From positions 1 through 44,131 of the IMG/VR virus record IMGVR_UViG_3300037467_000724: a stretch of 44,131 bases of DNA; one strand, written 5' to 3'. The translations under genes and the position numbers were made by a program. The notes under the pieces were generated by a model. It was not told the origin of the DNA. It saw only the letters and a list, made by a program, of their open reading frames with translations, and made no database searches. The stretch is from a virus (taxonomy: Duplodnaviria > Caudoviricetes). Below, piece after piece: positions 26,613 to 34,755 of the stretch. Numbering within the stretch: position 1 is the stretch's first letter; each line of letters starts with the position of its first letter.

Positions 26613-27280
26613 GCGGCGAACCTATTTCCCTTGCGCAGATTGTCGTTCGCGGGGATCACCTGCAGATTCCACCAAACATGGAGACCGGACACGGTGCGGC
26701 CCTGAAGCGGAACGATGTGGTCAACGTGATGAACCACGCCGGTTTCGGTGGTCAGGCGCTTGGCCTCTGCATACAGGCGTCGAATCTGCGTTTTGTTTTC
26801 GGCCGCCAGTTCTGGGTGTTCAATGTTGAGCGTTCGCCGCAGCTTGGCCGCCCTGTAGCGCGCCAGCCGCTCGGTCAGCCGATCAGGATTCTTAGCGGCC
26901 CACTCACGCACCAACTCGCGCATTCTGTCCCGGTTCGCGTCGCGCCACACCTTGCCGCGCGCGAGCATTTCAGCCCTATAGCCAGGGTCGGATTGATAGC
27001 GCTTCGCGTGCCGATATGCAGCTTGCGCTCGGTGCTCCGGGCATTGCCGTCGAGCCGCTGACCGCTCGCGCTCACGATCCCGCATCTTTGCAAGTTTGTC
27101 CGGGTCTTCTCTCGCTGCGCGGTAGTCTTTTTTCTGCTTCTCCCGCGCACAATCCATGCACAGGCCGTTCGATGTATGGCGCTCGCGCAAATGCCCTCGC
27201 AAGCACGGCTTGCCCGTGTAGTAGTGCGGGAGATTCCGCGCCACCGCTTCCGAGCGTGAAACTATTTCAGGCGTCTGCAT
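26609..27280 (-). CDS. HNH endonuclease between terS and terL
   Basis: YYTGKPC..GH..ER......C..C N-terminus; [27 protein letters not shown]. Confidence 0.88.
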   Translation of the reverse strand: MQTPEIVSRSEAVARNLPHYYTGKPCLRGHLRERHTSNGLCMDCAREKQKKDYRAAREDPDKLAKMRDRERERSAARRQCPEHRAQAAYRHAKRYQSDPGYRAEMLARGKVWRDANRDRMRELVREWAAKNPDRLTERLARYRAAKLRRTLNIEHPELAAENKTQIRRLYAEAKRLTTETGVVHHVDHIVPLQGRTVSGLHVWWNLQVIPANDNLRKGNRFAA

Positions 27281-27761
27281 CGGCCTCCTCTGGCGGCAAG
27301 TCCAGCTCCGCGTTGGCCGCTGACTCCAATGCCAGCTTCAGCTCGGCCGTCAGCTTCGCCTTGAACACGTCCTCCCGCGTTTCCCCCAGCAATTGAAGCG
27401 CGGCGCGGCGAGCCACATTCAATACGTTCTGCCGGATCACCGCGAAGCGCGCGGCCTGGACCCTTTCGAACTCGCGGATAGGGGCCACCAAGCCCATTTC
27501 CTTGGCTACTTCCAGTTCGGCCTGACGCATGCGTGCGCGCTTCGTGCGGCGCTCTATTTCGTCCAGGTCCTGCTGCTGGTCGCCGGTGGCGTCCGCCAGC
27601 GCGCGGTCGCGCAACCACTTAGCCACCTTCGCGGAATCGAATTCAGCCTGGACGCCGCGCGACCCCTTGCGCTCTATGGGGCACCCAGCCCTGACCCAAC
27701 TGTCCACAGTGGGCAGGGACACGCCGAACACATCAGCCAGCTGCGCCCGATTGAGGATCAC
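27267..27761 (-). CDS. terS: Terminase small subunit (Nu1-like)
   Basis: [26 protein letters not shown]...FDS..V..W winged HTH plus coiled coil. Confidence 0.92.
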   Translation of the reverse strand: MILNRAQLADVFGVSLPTVDSWVRAGCPIERKGSRGVQAEFDSAKVAKWLRDRALADATGDQQQDLDEIERRTKRARMRQAELEVAKEMGLVAPIREFERVQAARFAVIRQNVLNVARRAALQLLGETREDVFKAKLTAELKLALESAANAELDLPPEEADADA

Positions 27762-27885
27762 CCTTTATTCCGCCTTTGGCGCAATTTTGCGCCGTTTTAT
27801 GTCACTTTTGCGCAGTTCGCCTGCGTCTTATGCGGTTTTGATAGTCAAAAACTCAGTTTTCATAACCCCCTCAGATATGGAGAGA

Positions 27886-27930
27886 GGCGGGTGCCCTGCC
27901 CCCGCAGGCCGTGCCCGTAAGGAAGGACCC
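27886..27930 (-). other. Putative cos region (cosQ-like plus cosN-like)
   Basis: - strand GGGTCCT (identical to lambda cosQ), then ~20 nt later GCGGG-GGCAGGGCA-CCCGC, upstream of terS. Confidence 0.55.
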
Positions 27931-27994
27931 ACTAACATCACCATGATGGTGCATGTTGGTGTGTGCTCACTGACTTGCACCTGATGCCCCACCA

Positions 27995-29662
27995 TCACGC
28001 AGCCACACCCTTCATCACGTTGAAATTGATTACAGGTGCCTCTGACAGTGAGCCTGCCGTTATGTTCTCCACTGTGACGGTGAACGACCCGGCGGCAACC
28101 GCAGTGACGTCAGCTCGATATGCGTTCGCTGTCCCGCCAGATGACACGGCTACCAGCGGGACGTCTGTTGCTGCCACGGTGCTGTTTGTGACGACGAACG
28201 ACACCTTCGAGCCAGAGGCAAGCGCCGCACCATTCATGGTGATCTGTCCGCTCGCCTTGTTCAGCGTCACCCCAGTGGACTTGCTGGTGGCCTGTGTCAC
28301 AGCCCCGCCTGCGCCGGTGGCGTAGCCCACACCGCCAGCACCGGTTGCGACAACGCTGGACGTGGTAAGAACGCCGGATGAGTTGAACGACAGGGCGTTG
28401 CTTACGTCGTTGCTGTCCCGGATGAAAAAACCTCCAGAGCCGAGAACGAGGCGAACATTGTTGGAGCTGTCGTTGTAAAGGCGCGCGTTTGTGGATGCGG
28501 TGCCGCTGAGTGTTATCCCCTTGGTATTCGCGGCGATGAAGTTACCACTTGCCGAGACATCGCCAGCGCTCGAAAAAGTCACCAGCGATGCCGCATCGGC
28601 GCTGTCGCGAATTGCGAATACCCCTGAGCCTAGCGTCAGGCGGATATTGTTTGACGAGTCGTTGTAGAACTGACCGTGCGTTGTCGCCGTTCCTGAAAGA
28701 ATCAGCTTCTTCGTGTTGTTCAGCGTTACGGACAGCGACGGGTTGAAGTCTCCGCTGGCATTGAAGTTGAATACGCTCGCTGCGTCGGCATTGTTTCTGA
28801 CGAAGAAGCCGCCAGCCCCCAAGACCAATCTGACGTTGTCGGATGTGTCGTTGTACAGGCCGGCATGCGCGCTGGCCGTTCCCTTCATTTTCAGGCGATG
28901 CGATGATCCATTTCCAAGGATGATCGCTGAATCACTGAAAACACCATGGCCGCTGACATCGACGGCGGACGCCGAGCCGGAAGCGCCAGCATTGAAGCAC
29001 ACACCGCTACCGCTGATCTTGTCGAGCACAAGACCATTGCCCCACTTGCCACCACTCGAACCACCGAGCTGAATGGCCGGTGCTGAAGCTGATGCAACAT
29101 TGAAAATGTTGAGATAGAGACCGCCGGACCCAGCAGAAAGCCCGCCCGTGGCAGCAGGCTCGACATCAATCTCTGCCCCAACCATCTTGGCCGTGATGCC
29201 TGCGTCACCCCGCGCAACAAAATTTCCACCAAAAACCGTTCCGCTGTTTGTGCGAGCAACGGCGTCTGCGATGAATGCGCAAACATCAGCAGTATTTCCA
29301 TTGTTGTTCGCGAACGAGAACAGCGCCGCAGTCGGGCCACCCGATCCGCTCATGTCGGACGATGTAAATTCCTTCGAATAACCGAAATAGCTATAGGTAG
29401 CGTTTGACCATATGCTGGCCTCATCTTCCAGCTTATAGGTGCTGGATTCGAGAAGGTAATCGATCTTCATCTTGGAGCCGGCAATTGCCGTCGCGCGACC
29501 AGGATGCTGAACAGTCAGACGATTGTTCAACGCGCTCTGCAAGTCTGTCTGCGCCGTAATGTCGCCGGAAATTCCGCCCCAGCTCGACCCCAGGCCACCC
29601 TCCATATCGATGGTGATAGGAGCGGTTGATTCGTTGTCGAAAGTGATCGCAATGGTGCTCAT
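27995..29662 (-). CDS. Fibre/spike-like protein with three 63-aa repeats
   Basis: WGGISGDITAQTDLQSAL N-terminal fibre motif; Ser/Gly/Asn-rich; repeats at a 189-bp period; GAVTQATSKSTGVTLNK C-terminal beta domain. Confidence 0.75.
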   Translation of the reverse strand: MSTIAITFDNESTAPITIDMEGGLGSSWGGISGDITAQTDLQSALNNRLTVQHPGRATAIAGSKMKIDYLLESSTYKLEDEASIWSNATYSYFGYSKEFTSSDMSGSGGPTAALFSFANNNGNTADVCAFIADAVARTNSGTVFGGNFVARGDAGITAKMVGAEIDVEPAATGGLSAGSGGLYLNIFNVASASAPAIQLGGSSGGKWGNGLVLDKISGSGVCFNAGASGSASAVDVSGHGVFSDSAIILGNGSSHRLKMKGTASAHAGLYNDTSDNVRLVLGAGGFFVRNNADAASVFNFNASGDFNPSLSVTLNNTKKLILSGTATTHGQFYNDSSNNIRLTLGSGVFAIRDSADAASLVTFSSAGDVSASGNFIAANTKGITLSGTASTNARLYNDSSNNVRLVLGSGGFFIRDSNDVSNALSFNSSGVLTTSSVVATGAGGVGYATGAGGAVTQATSKSTGVTLNKASGQITMNGAALASGSKVSFVVTNSTVAATDVPLVAVSSGGTANAYRADVTAVAAGSFTVTVENITAGSLSEAPVINFNVMKGVAA

Positions 29663-29979
29663 GGTGATGCTGTGACGGATGAAATGATGTTGAGTTTTGC
29701 GGTGGACGTGAAGGCCACCGCGCCGTCCACTTCAATGCGGACATCCCAGTCCGCGTAGCCCAATGGCCAGTTCTTCGTGATCGTCGGCGCGCGCATCGTC
29801 CAGGACATGCCATTGGTGGCCAGCACGCACGTGAGAGTGGCCACCAGCGAGCCGTTACGCCGAATCTGACTTGTGATGGTCGCGCCAATCAGGTTCGGCC
29901 TGTCAGCGCCAGTCGGGTTGTATCGCGCCGTCACGTTGAACGACGCGCCACGCTTGAATGGAATTGCTGAAGCTGTCAT
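29659..29979 (-). CDS. Small beta-sandwich virion protein (BppU N-terminal-like)
   Basis: FKRGASF...NL.GATI.SQIR...T..WP.G...WDV pattern; coupled to the fibre-like gene. Confidence 0.6.
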   Translation of the reverse strand: MTASAIPFKRGASFNVTARYNPTGADRPNLIGATITSQIRRNGSLVATLTCVLATNGMSWTMRAPTITKNWPLGYADWDVRIEVDGAVAFTSTAKLNIISSVTASP

Positions 29980-29980
29980 T

Positions 29981-31507
29981 TCAATTACCCCACGCGCTCA
30001 CGCCGGAAATCGCCAGCGCATCGGTTCCGACCAGGTCGCTCGCATCGGTGTGAAGACGCCAGGTGTTACCTGAACCGGTGTAGATGGACACGGCCGGGAA
30101 GATGCGCTCCGTCGCGCTGATGCCGGAAATCCATGGGTTGGCACCCGTATCTGGGTCGCCGCTGAAGGGCCAGGCCGAACCGACTTTGCGCACCCACGCC
30201 TTGCCAAGCGACGGGCGAATCAGAAAGCCGAAACGGTCGCCAGCCGCAGCGTTGCCGAACACTGAACCAGCAATGGCGTTCACAACAGTCCACCCAGCCA
30301 CGCTGTGCGGCTGTGTGGCTGGCCAGATGGCCGCCTGCTTCTTTGTTGAGTTGTTCCCGGCGCTGGCGAGGTTGCCGGTTGTCGCCCCAAGATAGTTGCT
30401 GCGGTCCAGAAAGCAATTCGTGATGCCGCAATACCCCATGTTCACGTTGTTGTTCTTCGCGGCGACTTCGAATTCAAAGTAAACATCTTCGCCGATCCGG
30501 CCGCCGGTTGCGTGAACTGATTTCCATGCGCTGGCGGCACCACCCGAAATGTCCTTGCCACCGTTCGAAACCGCGAAATCGCCACCGGGGAGGTCGATGG
30601 ACGGCCACAGGGATGAAGGTCGCGTGTTTGCCAGAGCGTCCGTGTAAGCTGTTGGCATGCGACCGGCAAGATTGCGCTGCTCTGCGGCGCTGTAGTGAAC
30701 GTCTCCAGTGCCATCGCCGCCATTTCCATAGAAGCCGACGCGTTCGATGTAATTCTTCAGCTCCTGGTGAATGTGATCGATGTTCACGCCGTTCGTTGCA
30801 TAGCGAACGCCGCCAGCGTCGATGCTGTAGGCGCTCATTTGTCCCATCAGGAACGGCAGTATGGGCGCAGAAAGATCGGTGCGCGCCTTGTCCACCAGGT
30901 ACAGAAGGCAAGCGCGGTAGGCATTGACGACAGCGGCCTGAGCCGCGTTGCCATAGGGTTGGAAGTCACCTTCGCCCTGCTGAAACGACATATATCCGAA
31001 CGTGGAGCCCGCCCCGCCAGCAGCGAGCGCGGCCAGCGCGCGGGTGATGAATGTCGTGTACCAAGAGCCCGACGCGTTGGCGCTAAGCGATCCGTTCGTT
31101 GTGATCGTCTGGCCGCCGTAGGCCAGACCTGCCAGCATCAACTTTTGGCCAGCGGCAACGCTCGGCTTGATGTAATCGCGCACGAACGCCATGTCATGGC
31201 CGATGCAATCGCCCGCGCCGTTATTGCCGGTTTGACCAGACACACCGCTGCGGTCTGGATAGTCCAGTGGTTCGGCTGCAGCGATGATCGTGTTCGCGTT
31301 CGGCGCGTTGTACCCGTACTGGAAAATATCGGCCGCGCCTACGTCGATTGATACGTTTTTGGCGGACCCATAGAACACGTTTGACTGACCATAAGGCAGC
31401 GCGATCCAATACCCCGAAGCCGGCGGCGCAGGTGGCGACGATGTACGGTGCCGACGCCCAAATGGCCGCGCCAACGTGCGCGACAGCGGCGATGAGAGTT
31501 GCGTCAA
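29981..31507 (-). CDS. SASA-family (sialate O-acetylesterase-like SGNH) carbohydrate esterase with C-terminal SPRY-like domain
   Basis: GQSN, QGEGD and GDVHY catalytic motifs; C-terminal YFEFEV, GDRFG..I, IFPAVS. Likely TTG start at 31507 with GGAG RBS. Confidence 0.75.
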   Translation of the reverse strand: MTQLSSPLSRTLARPFGRRHRTSSPPAPPASGYWIALPYGQSNVFYGSAKNVSIDVGAADIFQYGYNAPNANTIIAAAEPLDYPDRSGVSGQTGNNGAGDCIGHDMAFVRDYIKPSVAAGQKLMLAGLAYGGQTITTNGSLSANASGSWYTTFITRALAALAAGGAGSTFGYMSFQQGEGDFQPYGNAAQAAVVNAYRACLLYLVDKARTDLSAPILPFLMGQMSAYSIDAGGVRYATNGVNIDHIHQELKNYIERVGFYGNGGDGTGDVHYSAAEQRNLAGRMPTAYTDALANTRPSSLWPSIDLPGGDFAVSNGGKDISGGAASAWKSVHATGGRIGEDVYFEFEVAAKNNNVNMGYCGITNCFLDRSNYLGATTGNLASAGNNSTKKQAAIWPATQPHSVAGWTVVNAIAGSVFGNAAAGDRFGFLIRPSLGKAWVRKVGSAWPFSGDPDTGANPWISGISATERIFPAVSIYTGSGNTWRLHTDASDLVGTDALAISGVSAWGN

Positions 31508-31785
31508 GTGCTGCTCTCCACACCGAAAGCATCGAGGCAGGCGCGGCGCAGCACATTGAAGGTGCCAGGCCCGGAAATCTGCAGGCACGGCTCGCCGGCC
31601 GTCAGTCGGCCAATGGTGACGTATTCGCCGCTACTGGCCTTGATTCGCACAAGCGCAGTCGGGTCGCGGTCGCCATCGAAATTCTTCAGAAACACGGTCG
31701 CTGAAGCGCCAGAGGTAACATCGAAATCGGCACTTGCCGTTTCCGTCGCTCCATTTGCAATGATTTCGGTTTTCGTGACAGCCAT
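31504..31785 (-). CDS. Hypothetical protein, first gene of the accessory block
   Basis: 93 aa; AAGGA RBS; stop overlaps the esterase start. Confidence 0.75.
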   Translation of the reverse strand: MAVTKTEIIANGATETASADFDVTSGASATVFLKNFDGDRDPTALVRIKASSGEYVTIGRLTAGEPCLQISGPGTFNVLRRACLDAFGVESST

Positions 31786-31803
31786 GCTGGTTCCTTGTAA
31801 AGA

Positions 31804-32052
31804 CTATTTACCCTTGCGACGGTCATTGCCCGCCAGCGCCGCCGTGCGGCATTCGTGATAGATGCCGGCTACTTCCACCAGCTTGTCGAGCAGTGCGCCC
31901 ATGTCAGTGTTTTCCGCCAGCGGCGTCAGCTCGGGGCAGCTCGCCTTCACCAGCGCGCTGGGTTGACCGTCCTGCAAGAGCGTCGTTTGCGATCCGCAGG
32001 CCGACAGCAGGCAACTTGCAATCAGAGTAGACAGTGTTTGTGCGTACCTCAC
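31804..32052 (-). CDS. o-spanin (Rz1-like lipoprotein)
   Basis: GTG start at 32052, lipobox LLSAC, CP.L.P...C; overlaps the i-spanin in another frame. Confidence 0.8.
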   Translation of the reverse strand: MRYAQTLSTLIASCLLSACGSQTTLLQDGQPSALVKASCPELTPLAENTDMGALLDKLVEVAGIYHECRTAALAGNDRRKGK

Positions 32053-32263
32053 GCTGCAGTTCCTGGTGAATGGTGGTGTACTGCGGCCGTAGCTTGGAAA
32101 TCGCTTCAGCCGCGCCTTGCTGCGCTTGCTCGCGTGTGTCGCGGATGGCCTGCTGGACTTCGGCCTGCTTGGCGGCTTGGCGATCCTCGCCGAGCCCGAT
32201 ACCGTAAAGCAGCGCGCCGCCAACACTGGCGGCCCACATCAGCGCTGCGATGAGATACGGCAT
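31904..32263 (-). CDS. i-spanin (Rz-like)
   Basis: ATG at 32263, N-terminal TM segment, coiled coil, C-terminal Y.DC.LP. Confidence 0.82.
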   Translation of the reverse strand: MPYLIAALMWAASVGGALLYGIGLGEDRQAAKQAEVQQAIRDTREQAQQGAAEAISKLRPQYTTIHQELQREVRTNTVYSDCKLPAVGLRIANDALAGRSTQRAGEGELPRADAAGGKH

Positions 32264-32751
32264 TACTGCAGCCCCCTCTCGCACAGCTCCCGCGCCTTCG
32301 CGCGCCGAATGGTCAGCCCCTTCACAGGCCGGCCATCCACCTTGTCCCACATTGACAGCGCCGCGCACGCTCTAGCCATGTCGCCAGCATTCGCGTTGCG
32401 GGCCATGCTGGAGCTGCAGAACGCCGCCACACCTACGTTGTAGGCCGTGTCGACAAACGCGACCTTCTGGCCGTCTGTCAGCTTGTCCAGCGGGATGCAC
32501 TTCGCGATGCCTTCAGCATGCCGCGACAAGTCACGATCAAGCTGCACCTTGCATTCATCGAGCGTATACGTCTTGCCCCACTGCGCGTCTTCGGTAGCCC
32601 CGGTGCAGTACGTCAGCACGCCGCCAAGATCGCGATACGTCTTCAGCACAGTGCCTTCGTTCTTCGGCACCAGCACCAGCAGGCATGCCGCGCACGTTGC
32701 ACCGACAATCGCCGCCAGCGGCCGGCGGCTGCCCTTACTCTTCGCTTCCAT
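32263..32751 (-). CDS. Endolysin, GH24 lysozyme, probably SAR type
   Basis: E-x8-D-x5-T triad (EGTVLKTYRDLGGVLT), weakly hydrophobic N-terminal anchor, YNVG, GL..RR..E. Confidence 0.93.
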   Translation of the reverse strand: MEAKSKGSRRPLAAIVGATCAACLLVLVPKNEGTVLKTYRDLGGVLTYCTGATEDAQWGKTYTLDECKVQLDRDLSRHAEGIAKCIPLDKLTDGQKVAFVDTAYNVGVAAFCSSSMARNANAGDMARACAALSMWDKVDGRPVKGLTIRRAKARELCERGLQ

Positions 32752-32962
32752 TGCCCGTCACCGAAGGTTGCGCCACCAGGCGCGAGACGGCGGTAAGCAC
32801 CGCGATGGCGAACGTGACCCACGCCATGATGGGCGAATTGCCGGTGGTGTAGGCATCCCAGCCGGCCTGCGCAGCCGACAGCAGCGCGGTGACAAGCGCC
32901 AGACGAACAGACCACAGCTTGTGCCAGACGCGGCCCGCATCTTCGATCAGGGTCAGCTTCAT
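32735..32962 (-). CDS. Putative holin
   Basis: ATG at 32962; 75 aa; two TM segments (WSVRLALV..., ...SRLVAQ); directly upstream of the endolysin. Confidence 0.7.
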   Translation of the reverse strand: MKLTLIEDAGRVWHKLWSVRLALVTALLSAAQAGWDAYTTGNSPIMAWVTFAIAVLTAVSRLVAQPSVTGNGSEE

Positions 32963-33174
32963 GGCTTCATCCAACCCAAGCGCACGAACAGCGGCCGCCA
33001 CATGCGCTTCCACCACCATTCGGCCAGGTAGCAGGCCGACAGCACGGTGGCGACGAAGTAGGACGCCTCTGCCCAGTTGTTGATCCCGATGGACTGGAGG
33101 AATGCCCCGATCCCATATCCCGCCCACGCGGTGGCCGTCTTGATGTGCGGGGAACTGATTTCAGCTTGATTCAT
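32959..33174 (-). CDS. Putative holin/antiholin membrane protein
   Basis: 71 aa, hydrophobic segments, basic C-terminus; first gene of the lysis cassette. Confidence 0.6.
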   Translation of the reverse strand: MNQAEISSPHIKTATAWAGYGIGAFLQSIGINNWAEASYFVATVLSACYLAEWWWKRMWRPLFVRLGWMKP

Positions 33175-33689
33175 GCCGCCATGGCGCTCGCGCGAGGTTG
33201 ATCCGCGCGATTGTCATTACTTGCAACAGGCGGCTCTTCTTGCGGGTTTTCCGGCCCGCCGTCCGCGTTGGCGATGCTTGCCGCCAGCGGCGAGCGGATC
33301 ACGTTGCGAACCTGCCTCTCGGTCAACCCGAACCACTCAGCCAGGACCGCATTCGGCACACCGTCCTGCGCCATATCCCGCAGGCTCGAATCCCTCCAGC
33401 GCCGGTAGACATCCCCGCAGTTCCCAGGGCACAGAATCTCCCCCGGAAACGCCCTCGCCAGCCGCAGCGCGTCATGCCACCCCAGAATCCGCACCAGCTG
33501 GTGATCCGGCTTCAGGTTCTTCGGCACGTACAGAATCAACCGCTCCGAGTGCCCCCCGCGCTCGGTTTCTCGCTTACGCCTGTCAGGCATATAACAACGC
33601 GGCAACATTCCAATCAGGAATAAAGCCCGCTCGGCCCCGATCACGTCAGCGATTTCCTGAACGCTGCGCGGCAGTTTCCAGTTCGTCAT
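33171..33689 (-). CDS. Mor/C-family-like late transcription activator
   Basis: LP....EIADVIG...AL, LYVPK, RD.......G.....LA..FGLTERQVRNV HTH; lies just upstream of the lysis genes. Confidence 0.75.
   Translation of the reverse strand: MTNWKLPRSVQEIADVIGAERALFLIGMLPRCYMPDRRKRETERGGHSERLILYVPKNLKPDHQLVRILGWHDALRLARAFPGEILCPGNCGDVYRRWRDSSLRDMAQDGVPNAVLAEWFGLTERQVRNVIRSPLAASIANADGGPENPQEEPPVASNDNRADQPRASAMAA
33210..33252 (-). promoter_or_regulatory. Late promoter box for the lysis operon
   Basis: - strand GGAAAACCCGCAAGAAG (33236-33252), 20 nt, then GACAAT. Confidence 0.8.
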
Positions 33690-33726
33690 ACCCCGTCCTC
33701 ATTACACGTACATTTTTAGTATTAGC

Positions 33727-33961
33727 AGTGACAGGCCTGTCACTAGCGTAAGTTGTTGATTCTTAAGGAGAAAACGCCATTCAGTGACAAGAGTGACCAA
33801 AGTGACACGGATTCCTAAAGACCCCCTGGGCTATCTGTGCTCTACGTCACACTGTATTTATAGATACTCTATTTCTTTCTATTCCTTGTCACTCTTGTCA
33901 CTCTGTCACTTTCTTATAAGAATCAATGACTTAGAAGTGACAAGCCAAGTGACTAAGTGAC
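33727..33961. other. Probable replication origin (AGTGAC iterons, AT-rich core, two IHF sites)
   Basis: 11 AGTGAC/GTCACT hexamers in convergent arrays; exact IHF consensus at 33749-33761 (-) and 33921-33933 (+); AT-rich 33853-33887. Confidence 0.75.
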
Positions 33962-33996
33962 TACTAACGTCAGATCGTAGGCGCGGCTTGGCTGAC

Positions 33997-34263
33997 TCAT
34001 GTGCGGAATCCCTGCCTGCAGCCGCAGGACCGCGTGCGCCCTGCCAATAGGTTCTTGACGTGCGGCTCGCTGGTGGCCCCGCAATCGCACCGGCAAAGCC
34101 ACGTAGCGTGCTTCTTTGGGGCCGCCGAGCCGGCGCGGTATTCCAGCAGCGTGAGCATTCCGATGCGCTTCCCCGTGTGAAGAAGCGGCGTAGCTTTCAG
34201 CAGCAGACGCAGGCCAAGGCGGGCCAATACGGCTTCGCGGTCGATGGGCTCCCACGCGCTCAT
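33997..34263 (-). CDS. Small Cys-rich protein resembling an HNH/AP2 endonuclease N-terminal domain
   Basis: ATG at 34263; G.RIG.LT....WLCRCDCG......L..G.T.SCGC. Confidence 0.65.
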   Translation of the reverse strand: MSAWEPIDREAVLARLGLRLLLKATPLLHTGKRIGMLTLLEYRAGSAAPKKHATWLCRCDCGATSEPHVKNLLAGRTRSCGCRQGFRT

Positions 34264-34538
34264 ATTGACCCTCTGGGGGCTGACGTTGAATCCTGCGTAT
34301 CCTCCAGATAGTCCATCGGGTTCAGCCCAGCCCACGCGCACAGCGCCAGCAGGCTGGTGGTGCCTGGAGGGTGCAGCCGCGACGGCGCGCGCAGATTGCT
34401 GATGCAGGAATGGGAGATACCCACATCCCTGGCCGCTTCGGTAAGTGATGATCCAAGCTCACGCGCAGCGCGTTTTAGAGCCGCGTGGAAGCGGATGCAG
34501 TCGAACGTGTATCGCGGGGTGATGGTGCGCTTAGGCAT
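34260..34538 (-). CDS. XRE/Cro-like HTH protein
   Basis: ATG at 34538; SLTEAARDVGISHSCISNL...P....LLALC.W.G. Confidence 0.75.
   Translation of the reverse strand: MPKRTITPRYTFDCIRFHAALKRAARELGSSLTEAARDVGISHSCISNLRAPSRLHPPGTTSLLALCAWAGLNPMDYLEDTQDSTSAPRGSI
34274..34289 (-). repeat. Dispersed 16-bp motif copy
   Basis: + strand TGGGGGCTGACGTTGA (1 mismatch). Confidence 0.8.
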
Positions 34539-34755
34539 GGTCCGCCCTCCGCGCCCGCTTGGCAGCCTTGCGAGCGTCCACGTTGTCGTTCCATGCCATG
34601 CGTTCGATCCGCTCGGCCGCGTCCTTGGGAGCCAGGCCCTTGGCACTTCCCGAAAAGAATTCGAACCGGCGGCGCGTCAGCACCATGAACGGCGCGCACA
34701 CGCTGGGCGATGCAGCCACGGCCGCCGCAACAATCAAGGTGGCCGCGCGCCTCAC
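34531..34755 (-). CDS. Hypothetical protein
   Basis: GTG at 34755 overlaps the upstream stop; fills the gap in the operon. Confidence 0.5.
   Translation of the reverse strand: MRRAATLIVAAAVAASPSVCAPFMVLTRRRFEFFSGSAKGLAPKDAAERIERMAWNDNVDARKAAKRARRADHA

Noticed and set aside
33727-33961. CRISPR array or tandem repeat
   Set aside because: Repeats are 6-7 bp, in both orientations and without spacers of constant length; fits iterons.
34260-34538. CI immunity repressor
   Set aside because: Short HTH without a peptidase domain, embedded in the replication operon with no divergent partner; the true switch probably lies outside the window.
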